From the NCBI RefSeq assembly GCF_009914755.1, contig NC_060940.1: a DNA stretch of 64,000 nucleotides, one strand, 5' to 3'. Of the stretch, positions 44,863 to 62,630 are shown in pieces (the first letter of the stretch is position 1; each line of letters opens with the position of its first letter). The notes below the pieces were generated by a model. It was not told the origin of the DNA. It was given only the letters and a program-made list of their open reading frames with translations, and searched no databases. Source of the DNA: the human T2T-CHM13v2.0 reference genome, Homo sapiens. A program made the position numbers and the translations under genes.

Positions 44863-45859
44863 TGAAGGGGGCCAGCCCCTCCACACCTGTGGGTATTTCT
44901 CGTCGGGTGGGACGAGATACTGAGAAAAGAATTAAGACACAGAGACAAAGTATAGAGAAAGAACAGTGGGCCCAGGGGACCGGCGCTCAGCATCCGGAGG
45001 ACCTGCACCGACACCGGTCTCTGAGTTCCCTTAGCATTTACTGATTACTATTTTCACTGTCTCAGCAAGGGGAATGCGGCAGGAGAACAGGGTGATAGTG
45101 GGGAGAAGGTCAGCAAGAAAACTTTTGAGCAAAGGAATCTGTGTCACAAGTAAGTCCAAGGGAAGGTACTACGCCTGGATGTGCACGTAGGCCAGATTTA
45201 TGCTTCTCTCCAGCCAAACATCTCAGTGGAGTAAAGAATAACAGAGTAGCATTGCTGCCAACATGTCTCGCCTCCCACCATAGGACAGTTTTTCTCCTAT
45301 CTCAGAATTGAACAAATGTACAATCGGGTTTAATACCAAGACATTCACTTCCCAGGGGCAGGCAGGAGACAGAGGCCTTCCTCTTATCTCAACTGCAAGA
45401 GGCTTTCCTCTTTTACTAATCCTCCTCAGCACAGACCCTTCACGGGTGTCGGGCTGGGGGATGGTCAGGTCTTTCCCATCCCACGAGGCCATATCTCAGG
45501 CTATCACGTGGGGATAAACCTTGGACAATACCAGGCTTTCCTGGGCAGAGGTCCCTGTGGCTTTCCACAGTGCATCATGCCCCTGGTTTATCGAGAGTGG
45601 AGGATGGCAATGACTTTTACCAAGCATACTGCCTGTAAACATTTTATTAACAAGGCACACCCTGCACAGCCCTAGATCCCTTAAACCTTGATTCCATACA
45701 ACATATGTTTCTGTGAGCTCAAGGTTGGGGCAAAGTTACAGATTAGCAGCATCTCAGGGCAAAGCAGTTGTTCGGGGTACAGGTCAAAATGGAGTTTCTA
45801 ACGTCTTCCTTTTCTACATAGACACAGTAACAGTCTCATGGCTCTTTCTTTTCCCTACA
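44863..45859 (-). mobile_element. HERV-K(HML-2) solo LTR, LTR5A-like, about 997 bp
   Basis: Reverse complement begins TGTAGGGAAAAGAAAGAG...ACTGTTACTGTGTCTATGTAGAAA; 6-bp TSD ATGCTG/ATGGTG. Confidence 0.9.
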
Positions 45860-45934
45860 ATGGTGTTTGTAAAAATATATATAAAAGGAGACTTTTGTAC
45901 CCATAACCGTCTTCTAAGGGGAGTTCACATCTAC

Positions 45935-46233
45935 TTTTTTGTTGTTTTTGAGACAAAGTCTCGCCCCGTCACCCAGGCTGGAGAGCAGTGGTGCCATTTC
46001 AGCTCACTGCAACCTTGAACCCTCCCAGGTTCAAGCGACTCTCCTCCCTCAGCCTCCTGAGTAACTGGAATTACAGACTCCTGCCACCACGCCTGCCTAA
46101 TTTTTGTACTTTTAGTAGAGACGGGGTTTCACCATGTTGGCCAGGCTGGTCTCAAACTCTTGAGTTCAGGTGATCTGCCCGCTTCAGCCTCCCAGAGTGC
46201 TGGGATTACAGGAGTGAGCTAATGTGCCCAGCT
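45935..46233 (-). mobile_element. AluS
   Basis: Antisense dimer. Confidence 0.92.
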
Positions 46234-46464
46234 CTCACTTGCGTTTTGAAAAACTTTTGGAGGATGAGAAGAAGACGGAGTAAAGCTAGAATTAGTGTAC
46301 TTGGAACTGCGTCCAACTGGAGTGCCTGCTGGGTGGTACTGAGTATGGAGTACTGTCCATTCCTCTCTTAAACCGCTGAAACCATTGACCTGGAGAAAAC
46401 GCCTTGTTCCTCACAAAGCTCATTATGCCGGGCCCCTCCCTCCCCAGCCTTCCGACTACAGTTC

Positions 46465-47347
<883 letters not shown>

Positions 47348-47399
47348 AAGAATGATGTGGTTATTAACGTGGATAACTTCAAACCTATTCTTTATGGAG

Positions 47400-47790
47400 C
47401 TACAGTGTCCAAATCTTAAGCATACAGTTCTATGGTTTTTACATAGATACAGATCTGTGTAATCCACTCACATAAAAATAAAGAATTTTCCCAGCACCTC
47501 AGAAGGCTCCCTTCCCTGTAAATGCACACACCTCCTACAGATGCAGTCACTGTTCCGACGTTGATCATCATAGATTAGTTTTCCTTCATCTTTCCTTTCA
47601 TGTCAGTGGAACACACGGTGCATAGTCTGTCTGTCTGTTTTCCTTTACTTATCATCGTGTTTATGAGATCCGTCCATGTCGTGTGTACTGGTCACTTGTT
47701 CTTTTTTATTGCTGTGTAGTAGTCCATTCAATGAACATACCGCAATTTATCATTCTCCTGTTGATGGACATTGGCTGTTCACCATTTGTG
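47400..47790 (-). mobile_element. L1ME 3' fragment
   Basis: cccagcacctcagaaggctccc, gagatccgtccatgt, ctgttgatggacatt. Confidence 0.7.
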
Positions 47791-48552
47791 CTAGTACCTA
47801 GAAACATTCTAACGTTTGCCTTTCAGAAGTTCACTCCAATTACAAAAAAGTTTAAATCCCCTACAAACAGCCATGTGTTAACTTTTAACAGTACCCAGTT
47901 ATTTGGGATAAAACTCATAACTGCTTGAAACCCAAAATGCTGGAGGCACCAGCCACTGCTGACAGCCGAGAGAGAGTGTTGAAAAGCTTTGAGCAGGAGA
48001 GTGATGCAGTGGTGTCGGATTTCACAAAAAGCATTCAGGCAGCAGCTGAACACCACCATTTCTGTGACTGAACTGATGCCCTTTCTGGGGGGCAGCCATG
48101 TGCTTTGGCCATTGAAAACACAGAGGGTGTGATGGAGAAAAGAGAATGCCCACTGTTGTTAGTTTTGCTTTTCACTCCTGCCATCTCTCATTCCATTTGG
48201 AGAAAGCCTACAGCTGAAATTAAACTTTCAGCTCTAGGGGCAAATCTGTTTCTCCTTGTCCTGCGTCTGTCAGAAATGATATCCATTCCGCAGACTAATG
48301 TCCCTGTACCATGGTGCAAGCACTTCCCTGCCAGCTCCAAAGCCGGGCACCAGGGAGAGCACAGGGCACTGAGTTCTTGCTGTCCACACCCTGTGCAGAT
48401 GACCAGGGATCAGCCACCTGCCGCTGTCTCCCAAGAAGAGAAGACAGAGCAATGATGGTTTCATCAAAGCCCCTGAAAGGGTGGGCAAAGCTGGCGTAGG
48501 CTTGGCGGCTAACAAATGTGAAATGGGAAGTTTTGGGGGCTGTCATTGGAGC

Positions 48553-48939
<387 letters not shown>

Positions 48940-49339
48940 TAGACACTTGGTTCTGAAGCCGGAAACAAGGTTCAGAGCTGCTTCTCAGCCCCTGCTGGTT
49001 CTTCTCTCACACATGAGCTGGGAGAGCGAGAGGGCCTTGAGCTGCCTCTCATCCAATAGGCAAGGTGTGCATGGTCCCAGTCACTAACTGCATCCCAAGT
49101 AACTACTGTCCTGACCCCTGACAGCAGAGGTTTTGACAATTTTTGAACTTTATATCATGATATCACACAGAATAGGCTCTCTTGTGTCTGGCCACCTTCA
49201 CACCATCATCTGTTTGGAGATGCATCCTATGGCTGTGTAGGTTGAGACTTCATTCTCGTTGCCTTGGACTGCTCCACCGTGTGAACGTGCCATGCTTTAT
49301 TTATGCATTTTGCCATTGATGGATGTGAGAGTAGGCGGA

Positions 49340-50135
49340 GTGTGTGATGTGATTCTAACCAATAGAATACAGTGGGTATGATGGAATCCACTCACAGTTA
49401 CATTACACAGGACTGTGACCTCCACCTTTCAAGAGCACTTTCCCCCTTGCAGGCCTTGTTAGAGCAAGTGGCATGTTGGGGAGGCCCCTGTGGCAAGGAA
49501 GTGAAGGCGGCCTCCAGTTCACATCCAGAAAGAAACTGAGGCCGTCAGTTTTATAGCCACAAGGAACTGAATTCTGCCAAGCACATGTGAACTTGGAAGT
49601 GGACCCTACACCTGCTGAACCTGGAAATGAGACTACTGCCTAGCAGACACCTTGCAATTGTGTTTACAATAGGATTCCAACATATGAAATCCTAACCCCC
49701 AAGGTGATGGTATTAGGAAATGGGGTCTTTGGGAGGTGATGAGGTCATGAGGGTGGAGCCTTCATGAATGGGATCAGCGTCCTTATAAAAGAGGCCCGAA
49801 AGAGACCCCTTATCCCTTCCACCATGTAGGGACACAGCTAGTAGTTGCCATCTATGAACCAGAAAGTGGACCCTCATTACACACCGAGTCTGCAGCTGCC
49901 TCGATATTGGATTCCTCAGCCTCCATAACTGTGAGCAATAAATTTCTATTGTTTATAAGCCACCCAGTCTGTGGTATTGTGTACAGCAGCCTGCATGGAC
50001 TGCAGCTTTGTGAGATTCGGAAGCAGAGTCCACGACCTAACTCCTGATTCACAGAAACCGTGAGGTCAAAAATATGTGTTGTTTTAATCTGTTAATTTTG
50101 TGGCAATTTGTTATGTAGCAATATAAAACTAACAC
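49340..50135 (+). mobile_element. MLT1E-type LTR with nested MLT1A0-type LTR (about 49660-50000), inside an antisense L1ME (about 49090-50750)
   Basis: gtggcaaggaa.tga.ggcggcctc / aaggaactgaattctgccaa (MLT1E); gaaatcctaacccccaaggtgatggtattag (MLT1A0). Confidence 0.75.
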
Positions 50136-50207
50136 AACGGACATTTGGATAGTATCCAGATCTGGGCTTTTAAACCCTGGGCTACCATGAACATTCTAGT
50201 GCATGTC

Positions 50208-50630
50208 TGTGGAAGCCAAACCGACTCTATCTTGGATGCTAGTCTACCACGTTGGCTTGTGATTAACCCCTGTTCTGGGAAGGTCTTTAAGATTTCAAGT
50301 GTATCTATTGTTCCTTGTGTGAGACCAGGTCCTTGCCATGAATCCTGCCCTTAGGCCAGGCAACGCTGATGTTGTAGTACTTCAATTGTCCCACACAACC
50401 CTTCAGAACTACCCCTCCCCTATGGTGTATAAGCCCTGGATCTCAGCAGCAGTGGCACAGGGATCCACCATCTTGTCCCACTGCCACCCAAGACACAGAC
50501 ATGTCTTCTGTTCCTAAGTCCCTATTAAATGTTTCTTACTAAGACACTGGATTTGTCAGCCTTTTTCTTAGGCTTCTTGGCTTCCTTGCACTTTGGGGTA
50601 GGTTTGCACAGCCCTGCCCACCGCAAAACA
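50208..50630 (+). mobile_element. LTR47-like ERVL solo LTR
   Basis: TG...CA ends; actctatcttggatgcta...tgattaacccc...gggatccaccatct motifs. Confidence 0.7.
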
Positions 50631-51293
50631 TGTATTTTGGTGAATATACATATATATTCATGTTTGGTATATACCTTGGAGGGAGCTGCTGGGACATAGG
50701 AATGCATATGTTCAGCTTTAGTGGATTCTGCCAACAGTTTTACAAACCAAGTTACATTTACATGGGTAAAGATGGGATTCAAACCCAAGTCTGCCCAGCT
50801 CGGAATCAATGTCATAGCCTGTGTAAAGATTTGGGATGGGCTAAGGAGATACAAGGATGACTTCTCTTTCCTTGGCACTGATTGAATATGTCTTTATAAC
50901 TATGTTGAGACTGGCCAGGAGCCAGTATCTCATGCACAGTCATTTCTGCTTATTTAGCATGAGGGGTCTCATAATTTTGAGTTTCATAGTCTCATAATAT
51001 TAATCCTAAACCTCAGAAGCACCCTCTGTTTTTCTTATCCACAAATATTGGGAGGGCGTCTTAGAATGGATTCTCATCACAATTTAATTAGAAAGGAAAT
51101 GTTTAAATTGCTACACATGTATTTCCAGGCAGCTCGGAACTGGCCCGTATCTGTAATCTCACTGAGCATACAAAACGGTAACAAATGCGCATGGAACACC
51201 TACTATGCTGAGCTCCCACAGAATAGTAAAGCTGCAGAAGGATTATGAAAAATGACAGGCCCCACGCTCACATACCACAGCCCACATGGTACT

Positions 51294-52275
51294 TGTGCCA
51301 GCTATTTATTGCTCGGTAACCAATCAGCCCAAAACTTAGTGACTTAAAACAACAATATTTTGTCTCTCAGGGTCTCAGTGGATCAGGAATTCAGGATGAG
51401 TTAGGCTTAGGGTCTCTCGTGTGGTCTTAGTCCAATGATGGCTGGAAGTAGAATCCCAAGGAATTGGAGTTCATGAGGGCTGATCAGTCTCTCTCTCTCT
51501 CTCTCTCTCAGGGCCTCTCCACGTGGTCTCTTCATGTGGGCTACTTTCGGCTTCCTCACAGTGTGGCATCCTCAGGGGAGCTGAGCTTACTGCTTATTAA
51601 GTGGTAGCTGAAAGCTTCAAGAGTGAGGGTTCTAGCAAACAATGTGCAAGCTGCATTGCCTTTTATAGCTTTATCCTGGAGGTCACGCAGCATCACTTCT
51701 GCAATGTTCTGTTTGTCACAAGCAAGCAAAAGGCTGTGTCAGATGCGTCCCCTGGGAAGCAGACACCGAGATGGGAGTTAGGAGTCAAGAAGTTGATTGG
51801 GAGTCATACCTGAGACAGAGAACGGGAGGAGGAAGCAGAAGGAGGCTGGAAAGGCCTTCAGGACACAGTGTGGCTCTAACAGCTGTAAAGGGAAAGGAGG
51901 GGACACGGGATGGTGCAGGAGAGTCTCAGGTGGCAGCATAGATCAGACAGGGTCTTGGCCAACCCACTTCATGCTCTGGGACAAAGAGTCCCATGATGAA
52001 CAGAAACAGCCAGGCCCTAGACCCCTGCCCTGCTTAGTCATTGGCTGAGACTGTCCAGAAAGAGAGTGGCCTTGGCTTGAAGGCGAAGACACACCCTGGT
52101 GGTGCTAACAGGTGCAGACCACACTTACAGCTGAAAAGTAACTCTTTTCTTGAAGGGAGACCTGAGCGGTGAAATCCTCAGCTACCAAACAAGCCCACCC
52201 AGATTCAGGGGAAGAGAGTTAGGTTCCACCCTCTGATGGGGAATTGGCGAGATTGTAGAAGAACACGTGGGACAA
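51294..52275 (-). mobile_element. Old MLT1 LTR with nested LTR16-like element (about 51735-52185)
   Basis: cccaaaacttagtgacttaaaacaaca, ggcctctccacgtgg; nested cctgggaagcagaca..gagatgg..gaaaggccttcag. Confidence 0.6.
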
Positions 52276-52344
52276 GAATTGATTCTAGGAAAATTCCAAA
52301 TTCTTTGGAACCTAAAATGTGCTATAACACGCAAACATAGCTTG

Positions 52345-52625
52345 AGCACAGAACGGTGCGTAGGTTGGAGATGAACGTCTTAGGCCTTGGAATCGGCCGG
52401 AAATTGGTTCAAGTCTTGGCATGTCCACTGACTAGCTGTGTGACCTTAGGCAAGTTACTTAACCTATCTGAGCCTTAGTTTTCTCATCTGTAAGACTGAC
52501 AACAGAGTAAAGCCCATCCTTCATGGGTTACTCTGAGAATAAAATGTGATCATACATGTCAAAGTTTAGCACCGTGCCTAACATGTAGTCAGTGTTCAGG
52601 AGGGAAAGTACGTCATTATTATTTA
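52345..52625 (+). mobile_element. MIR
   Basis: actagctgtgtgaccttaggcaagttacttaacct.tctgagcct.agttttctcatctgtaa. Confidence 0.85.
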
Positions 52626-52675
52626 CTGAGTAGCAAGAAAATCATAACAGTCCAAGACCACTTAGTCTAAGCAAT

Positions 52676-52854
52676 AAGTGACCCACTGTGTCAACGCAGG
52701 AGCCCCCAGGAGCATGACGAAGTGCATCCCGTACAATACGGATTTATTCCCAACAAACAGTTTCACACTAACTCGGGTTTGGTGAGGACACTGAGTTATC
52801 AAGAAGATATTGACTTGTATTTATTATAGATATTAAATCAGAAATTGTGAGCTT
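52676..52854 (+). repeat. Duplicon B, copy 1 (about 179 bp apparently unique sequence)
   Basis: Aligns to 55654-55828 with one 4-bp indel, about 87% identity by manual count. Confidence 0.92.
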
Positions 52855-53739
52855 TTATAAACACAGAACAGAAGTCATTGCTCGACACTCTGAGCTCTTT
52901 AAAAGCAGGAATTGTGCTTTATTTGTTCTTGTAACACCAGGGCCAACAGCTGGCACGGAGTCATTGCGCCCCAAATGTTCATGGCATTGAATTGCATCTA
53001 ATAAAGATAAAACTTGGCTTGCTGGAAGATGCGTCGATTCATAACATCTTATGATGCTAGATAAATATAGGTTCTTTTTCTTATCCAAAATGGAAATGGG
53101 AAAAAATATGACTCGTTCTTATTATTAAAAGTTATGCATGCTCGTTGTAATTTAAAAAACCCAGGCAACTCAAAAATATGTTTAAAAGACAGTTTTAAAA
53201 AACCCATCGCCCAGAAATAACTTCTGTTCACATTTTGGTGAACCTTCTTTCAGAGTGCTTTTCTAAAAAAATTAAAATAGCATCATGGTATAATGTCTTG
53301 TAACTCAATATTTTTCACGTGGCAACATACGGCCACCAGATGAGTGAAAGCTGACACAGACATCAGCGGGGAATTCAGAAGGAGGGAGGAAGACAAAGAC
53401 TGCACTGCTGTTCTCTCGTCCTTTGCATGACCACCATTGTGTGGGCTGCTGGCTGTCCTTACAGGCTTAGCTGACGCTGCAGCCGCCCACCCTCCATGCT
53501 TGGACATGCTTGGATCTCTGACCCGGAAGCCCGTCCCTGTCCAGCTCAGCTCTCCCCTCTCAGTCCTATGAGCCATTGTCTCCCACAAGGTCTCTTATTG
53601 GTCATCCCTGACCACAGCATCACATACTCTTCTCCCCACCTCAGCTGAAGGGTCTTCGACTCCCTTCCCTTCTTCTCATCTCTGATAAGCAGGAGGACTA
53701 ACACCACTGGGTCCCTGGGTCCCCAGCACTGTTTCAAGA

Positions 53740-53970
53740 AGTTTACATAAAATATCCCAATTAATTTTCCACAACTGCTCTAAGGAAGTTAGAGGGAGAT
53801 GCTGTCACCAGCATGCCCATTTTACAGATTAGGAAGTTGAGACTAGAGAGATTAAGTACCTTGCCTACTGTTACAGCAAGCAAGTGATGGATCTAGGAAT
53901 GGACACAGAATGAACAGGAAGGAAAGGAGACTCAGTGTCTCTCCCCTGACCACTTAACCACTGTCCTCAA
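53740..53970 (-). mobile_element. MIR
   Basis: cccattttacagat.aggaa.ttgag.ctagagag.ttaagt.ccttgcc. Confidence 0.75.
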
Positions 53971-54019
53971 TTACAGAACCAGACAAGAGGTGGAAATACA
54001 TTTAGTGAGTGTTTCCTTA

Positions 54020-55529
<1,510 letters not shown>

Positions 55530-55653
55530 TGAAGAGGAAACTTAAGCTCAGAGAGGTAAAGTAGATTGCTTGGAGTTTCACAGCTAATAAACCAACAAGC
55601 CAGGATTTCAACCCACACTGCCCGATGCAGAAGCTGACTTGCTCCACGGTAAC

Positions 55654-55828
55654 AAGTGAGCCTCTGTGTCAATGCGGGAGCCCCCAGGAGCATGACAAAG
55701 TGCATCCCATACAACATGGATTTATCTCCAATAATTTCACGCCAGTTTGGGTTTGGTGAGGACACTGAGTTACCAAGAAGAGAGTGACTTGTATTTATTA
55801 TAGTTATTAAGTCAGAAATTGTGAGCTT
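55654..55828 (+). repeat. Duplicon B, copy 2
   Basis: See 52676-52854. Confidence 0.92.
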
Positions 55829-55934
55829 GCTCTCCCAACAGATTTGCCTCCACAGTTTTGCTCTACCATATCTAGAAGGGCTGCATGTCTTACTTGAAAG
55901 AAACCCATCTTTCGAGTCACCAAACACAAGCATG

Positions 55935-56158
55935 GCAGCGTGTTGCAGGGATGCTGCAGCCAGACTGCCTGGGCAGCCTCGAACAAGTTACACAACCTCT
56001 TTGTGCCTCAGTTACCCTATCAGTGAAAAATGCAGATAAAAATAGTATCTACCTTACAGAGTTGGGAAAGTTCAATGAATGGGTTTATGTGAAGCACTTA
56101 GGATGACGCGTAGTACTTAGTAAGAGCAATACCAAGCATTAGTTATGATTACTATTCA
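55935..56158 (+). mobile_element. MIR
   Basis: caagttacacaacctctttgtgcctcagtt...tatgtgaagcacttag. Confidence 0.7.
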
Positions 56159-56237
56159 TAGAGTCCAGAGCTTGATACAAAGTATTACTTTCCCCTTTGC
56201 ATTTCCTTTTGGAGCAAACAAAGCCAGCCTTGAAAGA

Positions 56238-56704
56238 TGTATGAGTTTCCTGTGGCTGCTGTAACAAATGACCACAAGTTCAGCGGCTTCAAACAACACA
56301 GATTTATTTTGTTACAGTTCTGGATGTCAGAAATCCAACACAGATCTCACTGGGCTGAAATCTAGGTGTTAGCAGGGCTTCGTTCCTTCCGGAGCCTCTG
56401 AGGGAGCCTCTGTTTCCTTGCCTTTCCCAGCTTCTAGAGACAACCTGCAGTGGCTTCCGGCACCTACCCACCCCCCACATCTTAGCAGCATATAATCCTC
56501 ACATTTTTCCCTGAATCTGACTTTTCCACCTCCTTGTTACACCCAGATCATCCAAGACAGTCTCCCCATCTCCACGTCAGCTGATTAGCAACCTTAATTC
56601 TATCTGCTGCCTTAATTTCCCTTTGCCATGCAACGTAACATATTCATAGATTCCAGGGATGGGGACGTGGACATATCTGGGGGTACATCTTTCTGCCAAC
56701 CACA
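56238..56704 (-). mobile_element. MLT1C-like LTR
   Basis: tgtatgagtttcctgtggctgctgtaacaaat...ttccttgcctttcccagcttctagag. Confidence 0.8.
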
Positions 56705-56913
56705 GACCAGTAACTAGGAGCCTTGTCAGTCTGATCCCCATTCCGCTTCTCTTTACTCAGGCCTCCCCACCTCAACCCTGACTCCCTATGGTCAAGGTTG
56801 GAGCCTCTGCCTCCTGGCACCCTCTTCAGACAGCATAGAAGTCCCTCGTGGCTGCTTACCATTCTCTAAGGCCTGGACTTCTGTCTTTCAGAGTTTAGAA
56901 AATGAAGCATCTA

Positions 56914-57390
<477 letters not shown>

Positions 57391-57636
57391 CTACTTCTAA
57401 TCATTCAACAACAAATATACATTAAGCAGCTACTATATACCAGCTACTTGGTTAGGCAGCAGGTGTCTAAAGATAAGTGAGACATAGATCTTGCCTTTGG
57501 GGAGTTCAGCTTTGGGACATAGAGGGTGGAAGGCAGACGTGTGTTTTTAAAAAAAAAGTCCCTGGAAAGCAGCTTGTTGTTACTTAGTAAAGCACAGGCC
57601 TGCAATCCAGCAATTCCGCTCATAGGCATTTGCCCC

Positions 57637-58408
<772 letters not shown>

Positions 58409-58412
<4 letters not shown>

Positions 58413-58557
58413 TAGTCCAGAGCAGTGATTCTCAATAGCAGGAGTGGCATTAGTCCAGAGCGGTGATTCTCAATAGCAGGAGGGGTATTAGTCCAGAGCA
58501 GTGATTCTCAATAGCAGGAGGGGCATTAGTCCAGAGCAGCGATTCTCAATAGCAGGA
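58409..58557. repeat. Minisatellite, 38-bp unit, about 3.9 copies
   Basis: GCATTAGTCCAGAGCAGTGATTCTCAATAGCAGGAGGG units start at 58409, 58447, 58485, 58523. Confidence 0.95.
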
Positions 58558-58713
58558 AGACATGTTCAGTATATGTCTTCTTACCAGAAACTCCTCCTGG
58601 CTTCTAGAGAGTCAAGGTCAGAGGTGCTGCTGAGCATCCACAATGCACAGACAGCCCCCATAACAAAGAAGGATCTAACCCCAAATATCTGTCATGTCAA
58701 GGTTGAGAAACTG
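58537..58713. mobile_element. MER20 hAT element
   Basis: cagcgattctcaa ... aatgcacagacagcccccataacaaagaa...caaggttgagaaactg; 8-bp near-TSD GTCCAGAG/GTCTAGAA. Confidence 0.7.
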
Positions 58714-59477
58714 GTCTAGAAAGACCCTTACACATGTGCCCCAGGACCAGGAGTCATGTCTATGGATGTTCATAGTAGCATTGTAACAGCACAGGCAAAC
58801 CAACCCAGATACCACGCCAATGAAAATATAAATCTACAGCAGCACATTCATAGTGCAGACAATGTCAGTGCACTGTCGGTGAGGGAAAGAGGCAGAAACA
58901 GCAGGGGTGACAGAACAGGGCCTTCCCCAGTGGGAAGGGGGTCTCCTGGAATTGCGGCTGCATTCCCAACGATCCCCGGTGAGTTTCTGAGTCTCTCTTC
59001 TTTCTAGGCTGCTTGGTTAGCTTGACATTTCATGGGAAATTTTATCCTATTTGGTCTTTTTAAGTAATGTGGGCAATTCAAGTAAAGAAAAAAACATTAG
59101 TATGCATGAAAGTATTTCCTACAGTATGAGATGTGTATATATATATATAAAATAGCAAAAAATAATTAGAAATTATGTAAATATCCAGAAATGGCAAAGT
59201 GATTACAACAATTATGGTACATACACTCAATTGAATGTTATGCAGCCATTAAAAAGGATAATTATGAAGGTGATTTAGAAACGTGGGAGGTGTTTGTGAT
59301 ATGATGGCAAGTGGAAAAAACCAAAATCAACAGCACAAACACAGTGATTACAACTCTAAAAAATATGTTGGCCTGTGGACAAATACTGAAAGGATTTGCC
59401 GAAATAAAAGCTGTAGTGATTAAGATGCTAGGATCATGGGCGATTATTTATTTTTTCTTTTTTCCCAGATTTTCTTT

Positions 59478-59818
<341 letters not shown>

Positions 59819-60033
59819 TAATACTTAAAGTAGACATCTTTTGGGACAACTGCCTAGCCCACACCCCTCTTGTCCGAACACTGTGTCCCCACCCAAAAGG
59901 CTAAATCCCTAACATCTCTGAGGGCTCCGTGTTATCCTGTATCCCAGTCTAGCCCTGATCCAAAGTGAACCAATCAGATTCTCTCTACTGAGTCTTTGAA
60001 ACTGGTAGAGCAATGATAATGCCTCCGAGGTAG

Positions 60034-60341
60034 TTTTTTTTGTTTGTTTTTCATTTTCTTTTGAGATGGAGTCTTGCTCTGTCGCCCAGGCTGGAGTGCA
60101 GTGGCCCGATCTCAGCTCACTGCAACCTCCACCCACCGGGTTCAAGTAGTTCTCTGCCTCAGCCTCCTGAGTACCTGGGATTGCAGGCACCTGCCACTAC
60201 ACCTGGCTAATTTTTGTATTTTTAGTAGAGACGGGGTTTCACCATCTTGGCCAGGCTGGTCTTCAACTCCTGACCTCGTGATCTACCCGCTTCGGCCTCC
60301 CAAAGTGCTGGGATCATAGGCGTGAGCCACCGCGCCCAGCC
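60034..60341 (-). mobile_element. AluS (Sg/Sc-like)
   Basis: Antisense dimer. Confidence 0.93.
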
Positions 60342-61326
60342 AGTTTTGTTTTTTTTTTAAGACAAAATACCCATAACATAAAATTCGCTATTTTAGCCAT
60401 TTTAAAGTGTGCAAAGCAGTGGTTTTTAGTATATTCAAAATGTTATGCTATCATCACCACTACCTCACTTCACACCGTTTTCATCAGCCCAACAAGAAAC
60501 TTGTGCTGATAAGCAGTCTTTCCCCTCTCCCCATCCCCGACCCCACACAGCCCCTGGCAACTACAGATCAACTTTTTTTCTGTCGCTAGGGATTTGCCTG
60601 TTTTGTACATGTCATATAAATGGAATCATACAGCACATGGCCGTTTGTGACTGCCTTCTTTTTGCTCAGCACAGTGTTTTCAAGGTTCATCCATGTTGTA
60701 GCAGGGGCCAGGGGTTCATTTGTGTTTATAGCTAAATAATACTCCGTGGTATGGTGAGACCGCCTTCGGTTTACCCCATCCATCCACTGATGAACACGTG
60801 GGTTCTTTCTACTTTTTGCTATTTTAAGTTACATATTAGGAAAATGTGTGCACACGTTTTTGTGTGAATGTATGTTCACAATTCTCTTGGGTACCTAGGA
60901 GTGGAATTACTGGGCTCTATGGCAATTCTCTTTGACTTTTTGAGGCACTGCCAAACTGATTTCCACAGTGGCTGTATCATTTAGCATTCTCATCAGCGGA
61001 GTATGAGGGTTCTAATTTCTGTACATTCTCACCAGTTATTCTGTTGTTATTATTATTGCCATCCTAGTGGATGTGAAGTGGTAACTCGTGGCTTTGATTA
61101 CATTTCCCTAACGACTAATGACGTTGAGCATCTTTTTATGCACTTACTGGCCATATATATTTACACATACACATACATACATATACACACACACACATAT
61201 ATATATACATACACATATATATATATACACACACATATATATATTTTTTGGAGAGATGTCTATTCTAATCTTCTGTCCATTTTTAATTAGGTTGTTTGTC
61301 TTTTTATTGTTTAGTGGTAGGAATTC

Positions 61327-61625
61327 TTTTTTTTTTTTTTTTTTTAAACAGAGTCTCGCTCTGTTGCCCAGGCTGGAGTGCAGTGGCGCGATCTGGCTCA
61401 CTGCAAGCTCACCCTCCCGGGTTCACGCAATTCTCCTTCCTCAGCCTCCTGAGTAGCTGGGACTACAGGCGCCGGCCACCACCCCCGGCTAATTTTTTGT
61501 ATTTTTAGTGGAGACGGGGTTTCACCGTGTTAGCCAGGATGGTCGCGATCTCCTGACTTTGTGATCCGCCTGCCTTGGCCTCCCAAAGTGCTGGGATTAC
61601 AGGCGTGAGCCACCATGCCCGGCCA
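61327..61625 (-). mobile_element. AluY-like
   Basis: ccgtgttagccaggatggtc; TSD gaattcttt. Confidence 0.94.
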
Positions 61626-62061
61626 GAATTCTTTATATAATCCACATAAAGACCCTTATCAGATATATGATTTTCAAATATTTCTCCCCCTCTGTGGCTC
61701 ATCTTTTTACTTTATTGATGGTGTCCTTCAATATATAAAAGTTTCTCATTTTGATGAGGTCCAAGTTATCTATTATTCTTTTGTTGTTTGCACTTGTGAC
61801 GTCATATTTAAGAAATAATTGCTATTCCAAAGTCCTGAAGATTTACACCTATTTTCCCTTCTAAGGATTTTATAGTCTTAGCTCTTACATTTAGGTCTTG
61901 GATCCATTTTGGGTTAATTCTTCTATTGGCTGTGAGGTAGGTAGGGGTCCATGTTTGTTGTTTTGCTTGTAGATGTCTAGTTGTCCCCGTCCCATTTGTT
62001 GAAAAGACTCACTTTTACCCACTGAATGGTCTTAGAACCCTTGTCAAAAATGAATTGACCA

Positions 62062-62358
<297 letters not shown>

Positions 62359-62630
62359 TCAATTGACCATAGATGGGTTTATTTCTGAATGTTCAATTTT
62401 ATTCTATTGATTTTTGTGTTTTATCTTTCTGCCAATACCACATTATTTTGATTACTGTGGCTTTGTAGTAAGTTTGTTCTTTTTAAAGATTGTTTTGGCC
62501 ACTCAGGGCCCCTAGCATTTCTATATAAATATTAGAATATGTTTTTCTATTTCTGCAAAAAAAAAAAGGGCAGTGAAATTTTAATAGGGATTGTATTAGA
62601 TCTGTAGGTTAATTTTGGGAGTATTGCCAT

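Noticed and set aside
53332-53348. CTCF-like GGCCACCAGATGAGTG
   Set aside because: It lacks the conserved GGC at the 3' core; too weak to call.
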